Source of the DNA: Candidatus Fervidifonticultor quintus
Lineage (GTDB): Bacteria > Sysuimicrobiota > Sysuimicrobiia > Sysuimicrobiales > Humicultoraceae
DNA length: 45,115 bases
NCBI GenBank assembly: GCA_031459535.1
Contig: JAVKIJ010000016.1
Location: 1-45,115, forward strand
Direction: 5' to 3'
The stretch's first letter is position 1. Each line of letters begins with the position of its first letter. The notes under the pieces are model-generated. The model was given only the letters and a program-made list of their open reading frames with translations. It did no database searches and was not told where the DNA came from. A program made the position numbers and the translations under genes. Positions 8,994 through 17,668 of the stretch are shown one piece after another.

Positions 8994-10484
8994 GTGGTGA
9001 ACACCTATGGCATGTCCGCAGAGGCGCAGAGCCGGCGCCATCTGGTCGACGGGGCAGTACGGGTGTTCGTTGGCGAGGCCCTGTTCTTTCCTACCGGCTT
9101 GTTGGTTGTGGCGTTCCTCACCCGCCGTCTCGGCCCCGAAGGATATGGCGTGCTGGCCCTGGTCATGGCGCCGGTGCTGTGGGTCGAATGGAGCGTAGCC
9201 GCCCTGTTTGCGCGCGCCACGGTCAAGCTCACTGGCGACGCCGGGGACTGGCGCCCCGCCGGAGGGGCCATCGTGCGGCTGCACCTCGTCGTAGGGGTGC
9301 TCGCCGCGTTGCTGCTCGTGCTGCTGGCCGATTTGGCGGCGACGTTGCTGGGCGAACCGACCCTCGCCGGCTACCTGCGACTCTTCGCCGTCGACATCCC
9401 CCTGGTGACCGTGGTCCATGCGCACCGCAGCCTGCTGGTCGGGGTCGGCGGATTCAGGTCGCGCGCGCTCGCTGCCGCCGTGCGATGGATCGCCCGGCTG
9501 TTGCTGGTCGTGGCGCTGGTGGAGATGGGCCTGTCGATTGCCGGCGCCATCCTGGGCAGCATTGGAGCGTCGCTGGTCGAGCTTGCGGTCGTCCGCACGG
9601 CCATCCGTCCGCCGCTGTTTGGCCGGGGGTCGCTCCGCGTGGGGCAGTTGTGGTCGTATGCGACGCCGCTGTTCGTCTCTGCGGTGAGCCTGCGGTTGCT
9701 CGAGCGGCTGGATCTGTTCATGCTCAAAGTACTGGGAGCCCCCACGCAGGTCGCCGGGCACTACGGCGCGGCCGCGAATCTGTCGTTCGCCCCGAAGATC
9801 TTCGCCCTGTCGCTGTCGTCTCTGCTGCTCGCGACGCTGAGCCAGTTGCTCCGGGCCGGTCGTCGGCAGGCTGCCGCGGCACTGGCTCGAGACGCCCAGC
9901 GGGCTGCGCTGGCACTGCTGCCGCTGGCAGGCCTCGCGGCCGGCGCCGCGCCGGAGCTGGTGGCCCTAATCTTCGGGGCGGGGTATGCGCCGTCGGCGCC
10001 GCTGGTGGCCATCCTCCTGCTCTCGGCGGTGGCGTCCGTTCAGATCTCGGTCAGTACGGCGGTCCTGGTGGGTGTCGGAAAGCCCAAGTGGACCGCCTGG
10101 ATCGCGTGGCCGCTGGTACCGATGGCAGCTGCGGGCCACTGGCTGGCGATTCCGCGGTTTGGGGCCGCAGGCGCGGCCACGGTCACCTCCGCGTGCGCTG
10201 GGCTGGGCGCGGCCGCCGGCATGCTGGCGGTGCGCCGCGTCGCAGGTGTCGCACCGCCACTGGCCACCTTCGGTCGCAGTGCCGTCCTCACTGTGGGCGG
10301 CTACCTCGTTGCCGCCGCATGGCCGACGTCCGGGGCGGGAGTGCTGATCAAACTGGGCGTCCTGGTCGCGGCTGCCGCCGTCGGATTCCTGGTCCTGGGC
10401 GAGGCCGGGGCAGGCGCCTGGCGGCTCATCTGGCCAGCGCTGCTCCGCCAGGCGCCCAATGCCGGGGAGCGCGGATCCCAATGA
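8994..10484 (+). CDS. Wzx-like polysaccharide flippase (MOP superfamily)
   Basis: LTRRLGPEGYG, RLDLFML, AGHYGAA, IPRFGAAGAA motifs and multiple hydrophobic segments; start could be ATG 9012. Confidence 0.85.
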   Translation: MVNTYGMSAEAQSRRHLVDGAVRVFVGEALFFPTGLLVVAFLTRRLGPEGYGVLALVMAPVLWVEWSVAALFARATVKLTGDAGDWRPAGGAIVRLHLVVGVLAALLLVLLADLAATLLGEPTLAGYLRLFAVDIPLVTVVHAHRSLLVGVGGFRSRALAAAVRWIARLLLVVALVEMGLSIAGAILGSIGASLVELAVVRTAIRPPLFGRGSLRVGQLWSYATPLFVSAVSLRLLERLDLFMLKVLGAPTQVAGHYGAAANLSFAPKIFALSLSSLLLATLSQLLRAGRRQAAAALARDAQRAALALLPLAGLAAGAAPELVALIFGAGYAPSAPLVAILLLSAVASVQISVSTAVLVGVGKPKWTAWIAWPLVPMAAAGHWLAIPRFGAAGAATVTSACAGLGAAAGMLAVRRVAGVAPPLATFGRSAVLTVGGYLVAAAWPTSGAGVLIKLGVLVAAAAVGFLVLGEAGAGAWRLIWPALLRQAPNAGERGSQ

Positions 10485-12061
10485 GCCTGCTCGGCGATCT
10501 GTGCATGTACGCCCGTTTCTCGCGGGCGCTGCCCGGGTTCCTGCGTCATACGACGACCCTGGAAGAAGCCCGCGCCGTCGTCCGGCGGCGGCTGGAGGGC
10601 CGCGACGACGCCTTCCTCCGGCTCCTCGAGCGCGGTATCTTCGGGTATCCGCGGAGCCCGTACCTAGCCCTCTTGCGGCATGCCGGGTGCGAGTTTGCCG
10701 ACGTGCGGGAGATGGTGCGGCGTCGGGGGCTCGAGAAGACGCTCGCGGCGCTGCGGGAGGCCGGGGTCTACGTCACGTTCGAGGAGTTCAAGGGACGCAG
10801 GCCGATCGTTCGCGGCGGGCTGGAGCTGCAGGTGCGGGCCGAGGACTTCAACAACCCGTACCTGCGGCCCCACTACGAGGCGCGCTCAGGAGGCACGACG
10901 GGCCCGGGGACCCGCGTGCCGATCGAGCTGGACCAGCTCGCCGCCCGGGTCCACCAGCGCGTGCTGGTCTACGAAGCGCACGGGCTCCTGGACGCGCCCA
11001 CCGCCATCTGGAGAGGGCTGCTGCCGGAGGTGACCGGGCTCAGCAACGTCCTCCAGGGGGCGCGCATGGGCAACGTGCCGCGCAAGTGGTATGTGCCCGC
11101 CACGCCGGGGCGGGTGCGGCAGCCAATTCGCTATCGCCTGGCGACCTGGCATATCCTTGTGCTCGCCCGCCTGCTGGGAGTCGCGTTGCCATCTCCGGAG
11201 CCGCTGCCGCTGGACCGGGCCGCGGTCCTGGCCCGGTGGGCGGTTGCGACCGCGAGGAAGGACGGGCGATGCCTGATCCGGTGCAGCCCCAGCGCGGGCG
11301 TGCGCCTGGCGCTGGCAGCGCGGGAGGAGGGGCTCGACCTGAGCGGCGTGACGATCATGGGCGGGGGCGAGCCTGGAACGCCCGGGAAGGTGGCGCAGAT
11401 GCTGCGTGCCGGCGCCCGGTGGATCCCGAACTATGTGATGAGCGAAGCCGGGTACATCGGCGCCGGATGCGCGCGGCCCGCCGACGAGGGCGACATGCAC
11501 TTCCTGAAAGACGGCCTGGCCCTGGTCCAGCACCCGCGAACAGTCCCAGGCTCGTCGATCGCGGTCGACGCTTTCTACTTCACGACTCTGCTCCCGTCGG
11601 CACCCAAGATCATGCTGAACACGGAGAGCGACGACTATGGCGTCGTGGAGGCCCGGTCGTGCGGCTGCCCCCTCGAGGCGTGCGGGTTCACCGAGCACTT
11701 CCGCTACGTACGCAGCTTCGGCAAGCTCACCGGCCACGGGATGACCCTGGTCGGTACCGACCTAGTGCGGGTGCTCGAGGAGGTCCTGCCGGCGCGCTTC
11801 GGCGGTAGCCCGCTGGACTACCAGCTGGCTGAGGTGGAGGACGAGACGGGGTTCACTCGATTCGAGATTCTCGTCGACCCCAAGGTCCCGATCGCCGATG
11901 AGGCCCGCGTGGCCGACGTGGTGCTCGAGTCGCTCGCCGCGGGGCCACGGGAGCTGTACCGGCAGGCGGGAACGATCAGGGTCAGGCGTGCACCACCCAT
12001 CTGGACCCCGCGGACGAGGCTCCTGCCGTTGCACCTGACCCGCCGGGGGCGAGACCCGTGA
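10481..12061 (+). CDS. PaaK/CapK/GH3-like adenylate-forming protein, paralog B
   Basis: ATGA overlap with the flippase stop. RSGGTTG, YVMSEAG, ESDDYG, RSCGC motifs. Shares GVYVTF[DE]EFKGR, PSAPK, KLTG.GMT and LEEVLPAR.GG with paralog A. Confidence 0.7.
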   Translation: MSLLGDLCMYARFSRALPGFLRHTTTLEEARAVVRRRLEGRDDAFLRLLERGIFGYPRSPYLALLRHAGCEFADVREMVRRRGLEKTLAALREAGVYVTFEEFKGRRPIVRGGLELQVRAEDFNNPYLRPHYEARSGGTTGPGTRVPIELDQLAARVHQRVLVYEAHGLLDAPTAIWRGLLPEVTGLSNVLQGARMGNVPRKWYVPATPGRVRQPIRYRLATWHILVLARLLGVALPSPEPLPLDRAAVLARWAVATARKDGRCLIRCSPSAGVRLALAAREEGLDLSGVTIMGGGEPGTPGKVAQMLRAGARWIPNYVMSEAGYIGAGCARPADEGDMHFLKDGLALVQHPRTVPGSSIAVDAFYFTTLLPSAPKIMLNTESDDYGVVEARSCGCPLEACGFTEHFRYVRSFGKLTGHGMTLVGTDLVRVLEEVLPARFGGSPLDYQLAEVEDETGFTRFEILVDPKVPIADEARVADVVLESLAAGPRELYRQAGTIRVRRAPPIWTPRTRLLPLHLTRRGRDP

Positions 12062-13599
12062 CCGCCCGCTGGCTTGTCGCGGCATTGCTCGCGCTCCTGG
12101 GGCTGCATCCGCCAGCGAGGCTCGATGCCCAGCCGCCGCGGCCCGATGTGCGCGTCCGCCTGCAGTTCGCGCGGGCGGTCGATCTGGACCCCGCCAACAA
12201 CACCCGCGCGTCAGACTATTTCGTGTACTGCAACATCTTCAGCCATCTGGTGCGGTATCGGCCTGGAGGGACCGAGCTGGAGCCCGACCTGGCAGAGCGC
12301 TGGCAGGCCTCATCCGGCGGCCGGGTGTGGACGTTTCGTCTGCGTCGGGGTGTGCAGTTCCACGGGGGGTACGGTGAGGCGACCGCGCACGACGTGAAGT
12401 TCACGTTCGAGCGCATCCTCGACCCCGCCGCAAACAGCCCGGCCGCCGGCGATTTCAGCATCATCAACCGCATCGCGGTCCTCGATCCGTATACCGTGCA
12501 GTTCACGCTGCGGGAGCCCAGCCTGGTGTTCGACGGGAATCAGATGGCGAGCCGGTCGGCCATGATCGTCTCGCGCAGGGCCGTGCTCGAGCGCGGCAAG
12601 GCGTTCTCGCGGTCGCCGATCGGCACCGGTCCCTTCGTCTTCGCCCAGTGGACCCCGGCGGACGAGCTCGTCGTCGAGGCCAACGACCGCTACTTCCGGG
12701 GCCCGCCGCGCGTGGCGCGGATCACGTTCGTGCCCATCGCGGAAGAGACGGTGGCGGTCGCCGCGCTGGAACGCGGGGAGATCCATGCCATGTGGACGCG
12801 CGGCAGCGTCGAGGCCGAACGGCTGCTGCGGGCCAACACGAGCATCGCGGCCGAGGTCGTCCGGCGCCGCAACGCCGTGCGGTTCCTGGGGCTCAATCCG
12901 CAGGTGGCGGCCTTCGCCGACGTGCGGGTCCGGCGCGCCCTGGCCCACGCCATCAACAAGCGCGAACTGGCCCTGGCCAGTGCCGGCCAGCTCACCCCTG
13001 CGGACCACCTGTTGCCCGACCTGCCCTACCTGCAGGCGGCGGGGCGGGCCGGCAAGTTCCCGATCTACGCCTACGATCCGGCCAGGGCCAAACGGCTCCT
13101 GGCCGACGCGGGCTACCCGGGACTGCGCACGACGTTGACGTTTCCGCTCTCATCGCCCGGGCCGCTCGTGGCGCAGGTCATCGCCGAGCAGTTGCGGCGC
13201 GTGGGGGTCGAGGTGCACCTGGAAGGGCTGGAACAGGTCGCATGGAACCGGCGGTGGCGCCAGGTGCAGTTCCAGATGACGCTCATCAGTTTCGGGCGTG
13301 GCATCGACCCCGATCAGCACGCGCGGGAGATCCTGCACTCGTCGGGGTTTCCGCCCGGGCGCAACACGGCCCGGTATGATGCCGCCGACCGGCTGATCGA
13401 GGCCGCGTCCGTGGAGCCCGACCCGCAGCGCCGTCAGGCGCTGTACGTGCAACTGCTGCGGCAGGTGATGACGGACCTGCCGTACATCCCGCTGGCCAAC
13501 GAGGCGTTCATCGCGGCATGGCGCGCGCCGATCAGGCGGGTGGTCAGCGGCATCAACAACGAGTTCTACGGCTTCACGATCGAGACCGGAGGCCGATAG
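12058..13599 (+). CDS. ABC transporter substrate-binding protein, family 5 (Opp/Dpp/Nik)
   Basis: Signal peptide; PDLAERW, WTFRLRRGVQFH, TAHDVKFTFER, PIGTGPF, DVRVRRALAHAI, YDPARAKRLL motifs. Confidence 0.93.
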   Translation: MTARWLVAALLALLGLHPPARLDAQPPRPDVRVRLQFARAVDLDPANNTRASDYFVYCNIFSHLVRYRPGGTELEPDLAERWQASSGGRVWTFRLRRGVQFHGGYGEATAHDVKFTFERILDPAANSPAAGDFSIINRIAVLDPYTVQFTLREPSLVFDGNQMASRSAMIVSRRAVLERGKAFSRSPIGTGPFVFAQWTPADELVVEANDRYFRGPPRVARITFVPIAEETVAVAALERGEIHAMWTRGSVEAERLLRANTSIAAEVVRRRNAVRFLGLNPQVAAFADVRVRRALAHAINKRELALASAGQLTPADHLLPDLPYLQAAGRAGKFPIYAYDPARAKRLLADAGYPGLRTTLTFPLSSPGPLVAQVIAEQLRRVGVEVHLEGLEQVAWNRRWRQVQFQMTLISFGRGIDPDQHAREILHSSGFPPGRNTARYDAADRLIEAASVEPDPQRRQALYVQLLRQVMTDLPYIPLANEAFIAAWRAPIRRVVSGINNEFYGFTIETGGR

Positions 13600-13602
13600 C
13601 CG

Positions 13603-14544
13603 GTGGCCCGGTACGTGGTCAGGAGGCTGGGGGTCGCGCTCTCGACACTAGGACTGGTCGTGGCGGCCTCGTTCTTGATGGTGCGGCTGGCGCCCGGGGA
13701 TCCGGCCGAGGCGTTTGCCGATGAGGTCCGGCTGAGCGACGAGCAACTGACGCGGGCGCGCCATGCGCTCGGTCTCGATCGGCCGGTGCCCCTGCAGTTC
13801 GCCGCCTACCTGGGCCGCCTGCTCCGCGGCGACCTCGGGCGATCATACTTCTCGCAGGAGCCCGTTGGCGCGTTGATCCGCTCTCGGCTGCGGTTCACGC
13901 TGGAACTGGCGCTGGCAGCCCACGTGCTCTCCGTCGCCATAGGTATCCCGCTGGGCCTGCTGGCAGCAGTGCGGCGCGACTCGTGGCTCGATCACCTGGC
14001 CATGACCTCGGCGGTGGCCCTGCATGCCATGCCGCGGTTCTGGATCGGGCTGGCCCTCTTGCTGGTCTTCGCGCTGCGGTTGCCGTGGTTTCCGGTCATC
14101 GGGGCCGGGTCGCCCGGCGATCCGCTGGACCGTCTGCACCACCTGGTGCTCCCGGCGATGGCCGTGGCCCTGACGCAGGCCGCGCTGCTGGCGCGGGTGA
14201 CCCGGGCCGGCATGCTCGAGGCGCTGAGCCAGGACTTCGTGCGGACGGCGCGCGGCAAAGGCCTGGCCCCGCGTCACGTGCTGATCCGCCACGGGCTGCG
14301 CAGCGCCCTGCCCCCGGTCGCCACGGTGGCCGGCCTGGGACTGGGCCGGTTGCTCGGAGGCTCGGTGGTCATCGAGACGGTATTCGTCCGCCCGGGCATC
14401 GGCACACTGCTGGTCGAGGCCATGCGGTCGCGTGACTATCCGGTGGTGCAGGGCGCGATCCTGATCTTCGCCGTGGGCATTGTCGTCCTCAACGCCGCGG
14501 TGGACCTCCTGTATCCCGTCTTCGACCCCCGGGTGCGCTCGTGA
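13603..14544 (+). CDS. Opp/Dpp ABC permease, B subunit
   Basis: APGDPA, LGLDRP, GDLGRS, DFVRTARGKGL, RDYPVVQG, DPRVR motifs. Confidence 0.93.
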   Translation: MARYVVRRLGVALSTLGLVVAASFLMVRLAPGDPAEAFADEVRLSDEQLTRARHALGLDRPVPLQFAAYLGRLLRGDLGRSYFSQEPVGALIRSRLRFTLELALAAHVLSVAIGIPLGLLAAVRRDSWLDHLAMTSAVALHAMPRFWIGLALLLVFALRLPWFPVIGAGSPGDPLDRLHHLVLPAMAVALTQAALLARVTRAGMLEALSQDFVRTARGKGLAPRHVLIRHGLRSALPPVATVAGLGLGRLLGGSVVIETVFVRPGIGTLLVEAMRSRDYPVVQGAILIFAVGIVVLNAAVDLLYPVFDPRVRS

Positions 14545-15365
14545 CGCTGCTGCGCCATGGTCGCATCGCGGTCGGGTGCGGGCTGCTGGTCACCCTGGTG
14601 CTGGCCGCGCTCGGCGCGCCGTCTCTGGCGCCGCGCAATCCCCTTGCCCAGGACCTGTCCCGTCAACTGACGGCGCCCTCCCTGCCGTCGACTCCCCTTG
14701 GAACCGACCACCTGGGCCGTGACCTGTTGAGCCGGCTCCTCTACGGAGCCAGGACGTCGCTGCTGGTCGGGGGGACGTCCGTGGGACTCGGTGGGCTCCT
14801 GGGAGGCACGCTCGGCGTGGCGGCCGGGTACTTCGGGAGGTGGACGGACGCCGTCATCAGCCTGCTCACAGACGCCCTCCTCTCGTTTCCCACGCTCCTG
14901 CTGGCCCTGGCGTTCGTTGCGGTGCTGGGCAGCGGTCTGGCCAACGTGGTGGCGGCCATCGCCCTGGCCACGTGGCCAGGGGTTGCGCGCGTGATGCGAG
15001 GAGAGGTGCTGCGGGTGCGGGCGCTGGACTTCGTGACCGCAGCGCTCGCCAGCGGCGCGAGCGAGCTGCGGATCCTCTGGCGCCACGTCCTGCCCAACGC
15101 CTGGGGCCCGTTCGCGGTGGTCATCACGCTCAGTGTCGGTGGGGCCATGCTATCTGAGGCCAGCCTGGGGTTCCTCGGCCTGGGCGTGCCGCCGCCGGCA
15201 CCCACATGGGGCCGTATCGTCGGCGAAGGCATAATGCACATGCGCACGGCGCCGTGGGCGATCGCGTTCGGAGGGTTGGCGATCTTCCTGGCCGTGCTCG
15301 CGGTGAGCCTGCTGGGCGAGGGGCTGCGCGATGCCCTGACACCCAGGGGCCGTCGGCAGGCGTGA
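14541..15365 (+). CDS. Opp/Dpp ABC permease, C subunit
   Basis: LGTDHLGRDLLSRLLYGARTSL, RHVLPN, EASLGFLGLG, GEGLRDAL motifs. Confidence 0.93.
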   Translation: MTLLRHGRIAVGCGLLVTLVLAALGAPSLAPRNPLAQDLSRQLTAPSLPSTPLGTDHLGRDLLSRLLYGARTSLLVGGTSVGLGGLLGGTLGVAAGYFGRWTDAVISLLTDALLSFPTLLLALAFVAVLGSGLANVVAAIALATWPGVARVMRGEVLRVRALDFVTAALASGASELRILWRHVLPNAWGPFAVVITLSVGGAMLSEASLGFLGLGVPPPAPTWGRIVGEGIMHMRTAPWAIAFGGLAIFLAVLAVSLLGEGLRDALTPRGRRQA

Positions 15366-15385
15366 CGGTGCCCGCGTGTGGAGTC

Positions 15386-16399
15386 TTACCTCACGACGAT
15401 GCTCGCTCTCATCCCGAACATGTCGTGGGTCGTGCATTCATACTGATAGGTGCCCGGGCGTGTAAAGGTGAGGGTGTATCGCCTGACCCCCGGACCCGTT
15501 GCGAACATGAACCCCGAGTTGTAGAAGCCCGCTCCCGTGTGGATCTTTCCTCCGGCCGGGTTCATCGAGCGCTGGTTGACCAGCATCAACGGCGGCCCCT
15601 GCGGCTGCGGCTTCATGGTCATGACCTCGAACGGGTCCCTGGCTCCGAAGGTCACTGTGTGCATTTCGCCTGGATCCTTCATGACCCAATTGACGGTCTC
15701 GCCGCGGCGGACCTCCAGGCGCTGGGCCGGGAAACGGTAAAGCGAGACAGGATCACGCGCCGTGCCTACGAGATCGAGGGTGTAGGTTCGCTTGCCGGCC
15801 GTCCCGCGCACTACCGGTTTGTTCGAGGCCCGCAGCGCTTCTGCCCTGGCCAGCGCCGCCTTTGACTCTTGAGCCGCGATCTGATCGTATTCGGCCTGTG
15901 TCCTGGGATGGGGACTTCCCGCGGTCCGTACCGTGATGGTGCCCTCCATCCCCGGATGGAACATGCAGAGATAGGTATAGGTCCCGGCCTTGGTGAAGGT
16001 CACCGCGTATCGCTTTGGCGCCTTGGGATCTGCCGACGAGAGTACCCCTCCGCTCAGTGGGCCGATGCCGTCGTAGGTCTTGGTCGGCGTCGGCAAGACG
16101 ACCGCCGGGTTCCAGAGCAGCTCGTTCTTGGTTGTGCCCGGCACAATGAGGTCAGGAGGCTGCTGCCCGGCCGGAAAGTAGATGGTGTGATCCGAGGCAC
16201 CCACGGCCCACTGGACCGTGTCGCCCTCGTTGATCGTGACGGCCTTGGGCAGGAAGAGCAACGCCTGCAGGGCCTGGTCATCCCTTGAAGACCCCGCCCT
16301 GATGGTCCATATCGTCGCAGCGCTGGCGCGCGGTAATGTGGGGATCAGCGCCGCACCGAAGGCAGCGCACAACAATCCCAGTAATAGACGTCTGATCAC
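15386..16399 (-). CDS. Secreted two-domain cupredoxin (two type-1 copper sites)
   Basis: Signal peptide. Domain 1 has DHTIYF...YLCMFHPGM; domain 2 has MHTVTF...YECTTHDMFGM. Both carry the His-Cys-His-Met ligand set. GGGAGG RBS. Confidence 0.85.
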   Translation of the reverse strand: MIRRLLLGLLCAAFGAALIPTLPRASAATIWTIRAGSSRDDQALQALLFLPKAVTINEGDTVQWAVGASDHTIYFPAGQQPPDLIVPGTTKNELLWNPAVVLPTPTKTYDGIGPLSGGVLSSADPKAPKRYAVTFTKAGTYTYLCMFHPGMEGTITVRTAGSPHPRTQAEYDQIAAQESKAALARAEALRASNKPVVRGTAGKRTYTLDLVGTARDPVSLYRFPAQRLEVRRGETVNWVMKDPGEMHTVTFGARDPFEVMTMKPQPQGPPLMLVNQRSMNPAGGKIHTGAGFYNSGFMFATGPGVRRYTLTFTRPGTYQYECTTHDMFGMRASIVVR

Positions 16400-16465
16400 A
16401 ACTCACCTCCCAGAATGTCGCTTGACCGTTGGGCTGCGCGTGCAGGCCGAGTTCCGGCCATGGTG

Positions 16466-16508
16466 AGTATAGGATCGAGCCTCAGACCGGGGTGTGACCA
16501 ATTTCACT
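16466..16508 (-). promoter_or_regulatory. Class II Crp/Fnr-type promoter of the cupredoxin gene
   Basis: TGTGA-ccaatt-TCACT (16493-16508; 9/10 match to the CRP consensus) centred 29.5 bp upstream of TATACT (16471-16466), i.e. at -41.5. Confidence 0.7.
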
Positions 16509-16513
16509 GGAAC

Positions 16514-16559
16514 CGTGTGCGATTGCGCACACGTGATTGGGTACCCCTGGGCGTACACT
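16514..16559 (+). promoter_or_regulatory. Second Crp/Fnr-type box and -10 for the small peptide gene
   Basis: Palindrome cgTGTGC-gattgc-GCACAcg (16514-16533) centred at about -42.5 relative to TACACT (16554-16559). Confidence 0.6.
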
Positions 16560-16628
16560 GAGAGCCAGGTGGCCGACCGTCGGTACTCAGACGAGAGACC
16601 ACCAACTCGATGGAAGAGGTGGACCATA

Positions 16629-16805
16629 ATGAAGAAGCTGATAGCGGCCGCCGTCCTGAGCGGCCTCATGTTCTCGGCGCTTCCCCGCACCACAGTCGCG
16701 GACGTGGAAGGGCCGCGTGAGGAGATCCGGCCGCCGATCGTGGCGATGACGAACGACACTCCCGAGGGACCGCGCGAGGAGCTCATTCCGCCCGTGGCGA
16801 GCTAA
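16629..16805 (+). CDS. 58-aa secreted peptide with duplicated EGPREE-x-x-PP motif
   Basis: MKKLIAAAVLSGLMFSALPRTTVA (signal-peptide-like) then DVEGPREEIRPPIVA and DTPEGPREELIPPVAS; GAGGTGG RBS before the ATG. Confidence 0.75.
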   Translation: MKKLIAAAVLSGLMFSALPRTTVADVEGPREEIRPPIVAMTNDTPEGPREELIPPVAS

Positions 16806-16845
16806 CGCCCGCGGGCGCGGCGCCAACGCGTCGCACCGTGTGCAG

Positions 16846-16878
16846 ACCGGCGGAGGCGGGCGCCCGTCTCCTCCGGTG
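16846..16878. terminator. GC-rich hairpin between convergent peptide and crp genes
   Basis: accggcggaggcggg-cg-cccgtctcctccggt imperfect inverted repeat; no clear U-tract. Confidence 0.35.
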
Positions 16879-16910
16879 GCCGCATTCCGCGGATTAGCAC
16901 CCTGCGGGCC

Positions 16911-17600
16911 TCAGGACATGCGTGCGCGCAACCGTTGGGGATTTGTGATGACGATCGTACGTCCCCGCATCTGGATGAGGCCCGCAGCCTTGAAGGCAGC
17001 CAGCGCCCGGTTGACCCGCTCGCGGGTGGCGCCGATCATGCGGGCCAGCTCTGCCTGGGTCACGTGGAGGTCGAGGACGAGCCCGTCCTCCTGATGGCCG
17101 TGCCGTTCGGCCATATCGAGGAGCACGTGAGCCAGCCGTCCATAAACGTCTTGCAGAGCCAGTGATTCCGTGTACTCGGTCATGCGCCGCTGTCGGGCGC
17201 CCAGCGCCGCCAGCAGCGCCATGGCCAGATCAGGGGCGCGGGTCAGTTCCCGCTGGAAGTCCGCTCGGCCCAGTGCATAGAGCACCGAGTCCTCGACCGC
17301 CTCAGCGCTGGCCGACCGGGGAAGCTGATCGAGCAGCGCCAGCTCGCCAAAGAAGTCCGTTGGCCCGAGCAGCGCCAGGGTGTGTTCCTCTCCGGCTTCC
17401 GTCTGCAGAAAGATGCGCACCCGGCCCGACTCGATGAGGTAGAGCGCATCTCCGTCCTGGCCCTTCTGGAAGATCGTCGCATCGCGCCGGTAGGTGTGCC
17501 GGCGCAGGCCGGCCTCCAGAACCGCCAGCGTCTCGTCGCCAAGTGAGCTGAACAGGACGACGCGCCGCAACAGCGCCATCCGATCTGTCATGGACTCCAT
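16911..17600 (-). CDS. Crp/Fnr family transcriptional regulator (cNMP-binding + HTH)
   Basis: LYLIESGRV, FFGELALLDQLPRSASA (cNMP pocket G-E and R-S) and HTH TQAELARMIGATRERVNRAL; no N-terminal Cys cluster. Start is ATG 17600 or 17591. Confidence 0.93.
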   Translation of the reverse strand: MESMTDRMALLRRVVLFSSLGDETLAVLEAGLRRHTYRRDATIFQKGQDGDALYLIESGRVRIFLQTEAGEEHTLALLGPTDFFGELALLDQLPRSASAEAVEDSVLYALGRADFQRELTRAPDLAMALLAALGARQRRMTEYTESLALQDVYGRLAHVLLDMAERHGHQEDGLVLDLHVTQAELARMIGATRERVNRALAAFKAAGLIQMRGRTIVITNPQRLRARMS

Positions 17601-17668
17601 ACCCCGTCCGTGGAACGCCGGGCGCGGGGCGGTGTGTTCCCGCGTTGTGGGCGGCGTGGAGGTCTCTG

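Noticed and set aside
8850-9761. Long N-terminal extension of the methyltransferase ORF
   Set aside because: Mostly antisense to the flippase; an RBS supports GTG 8849.
8972-12061. 1029-aa ORF as one giant fusion protein
   Set aside because: The first half is an Arg-rich off-frame reading of the flippase; the real gene starts at ATG 10481, matching paralog A in length.
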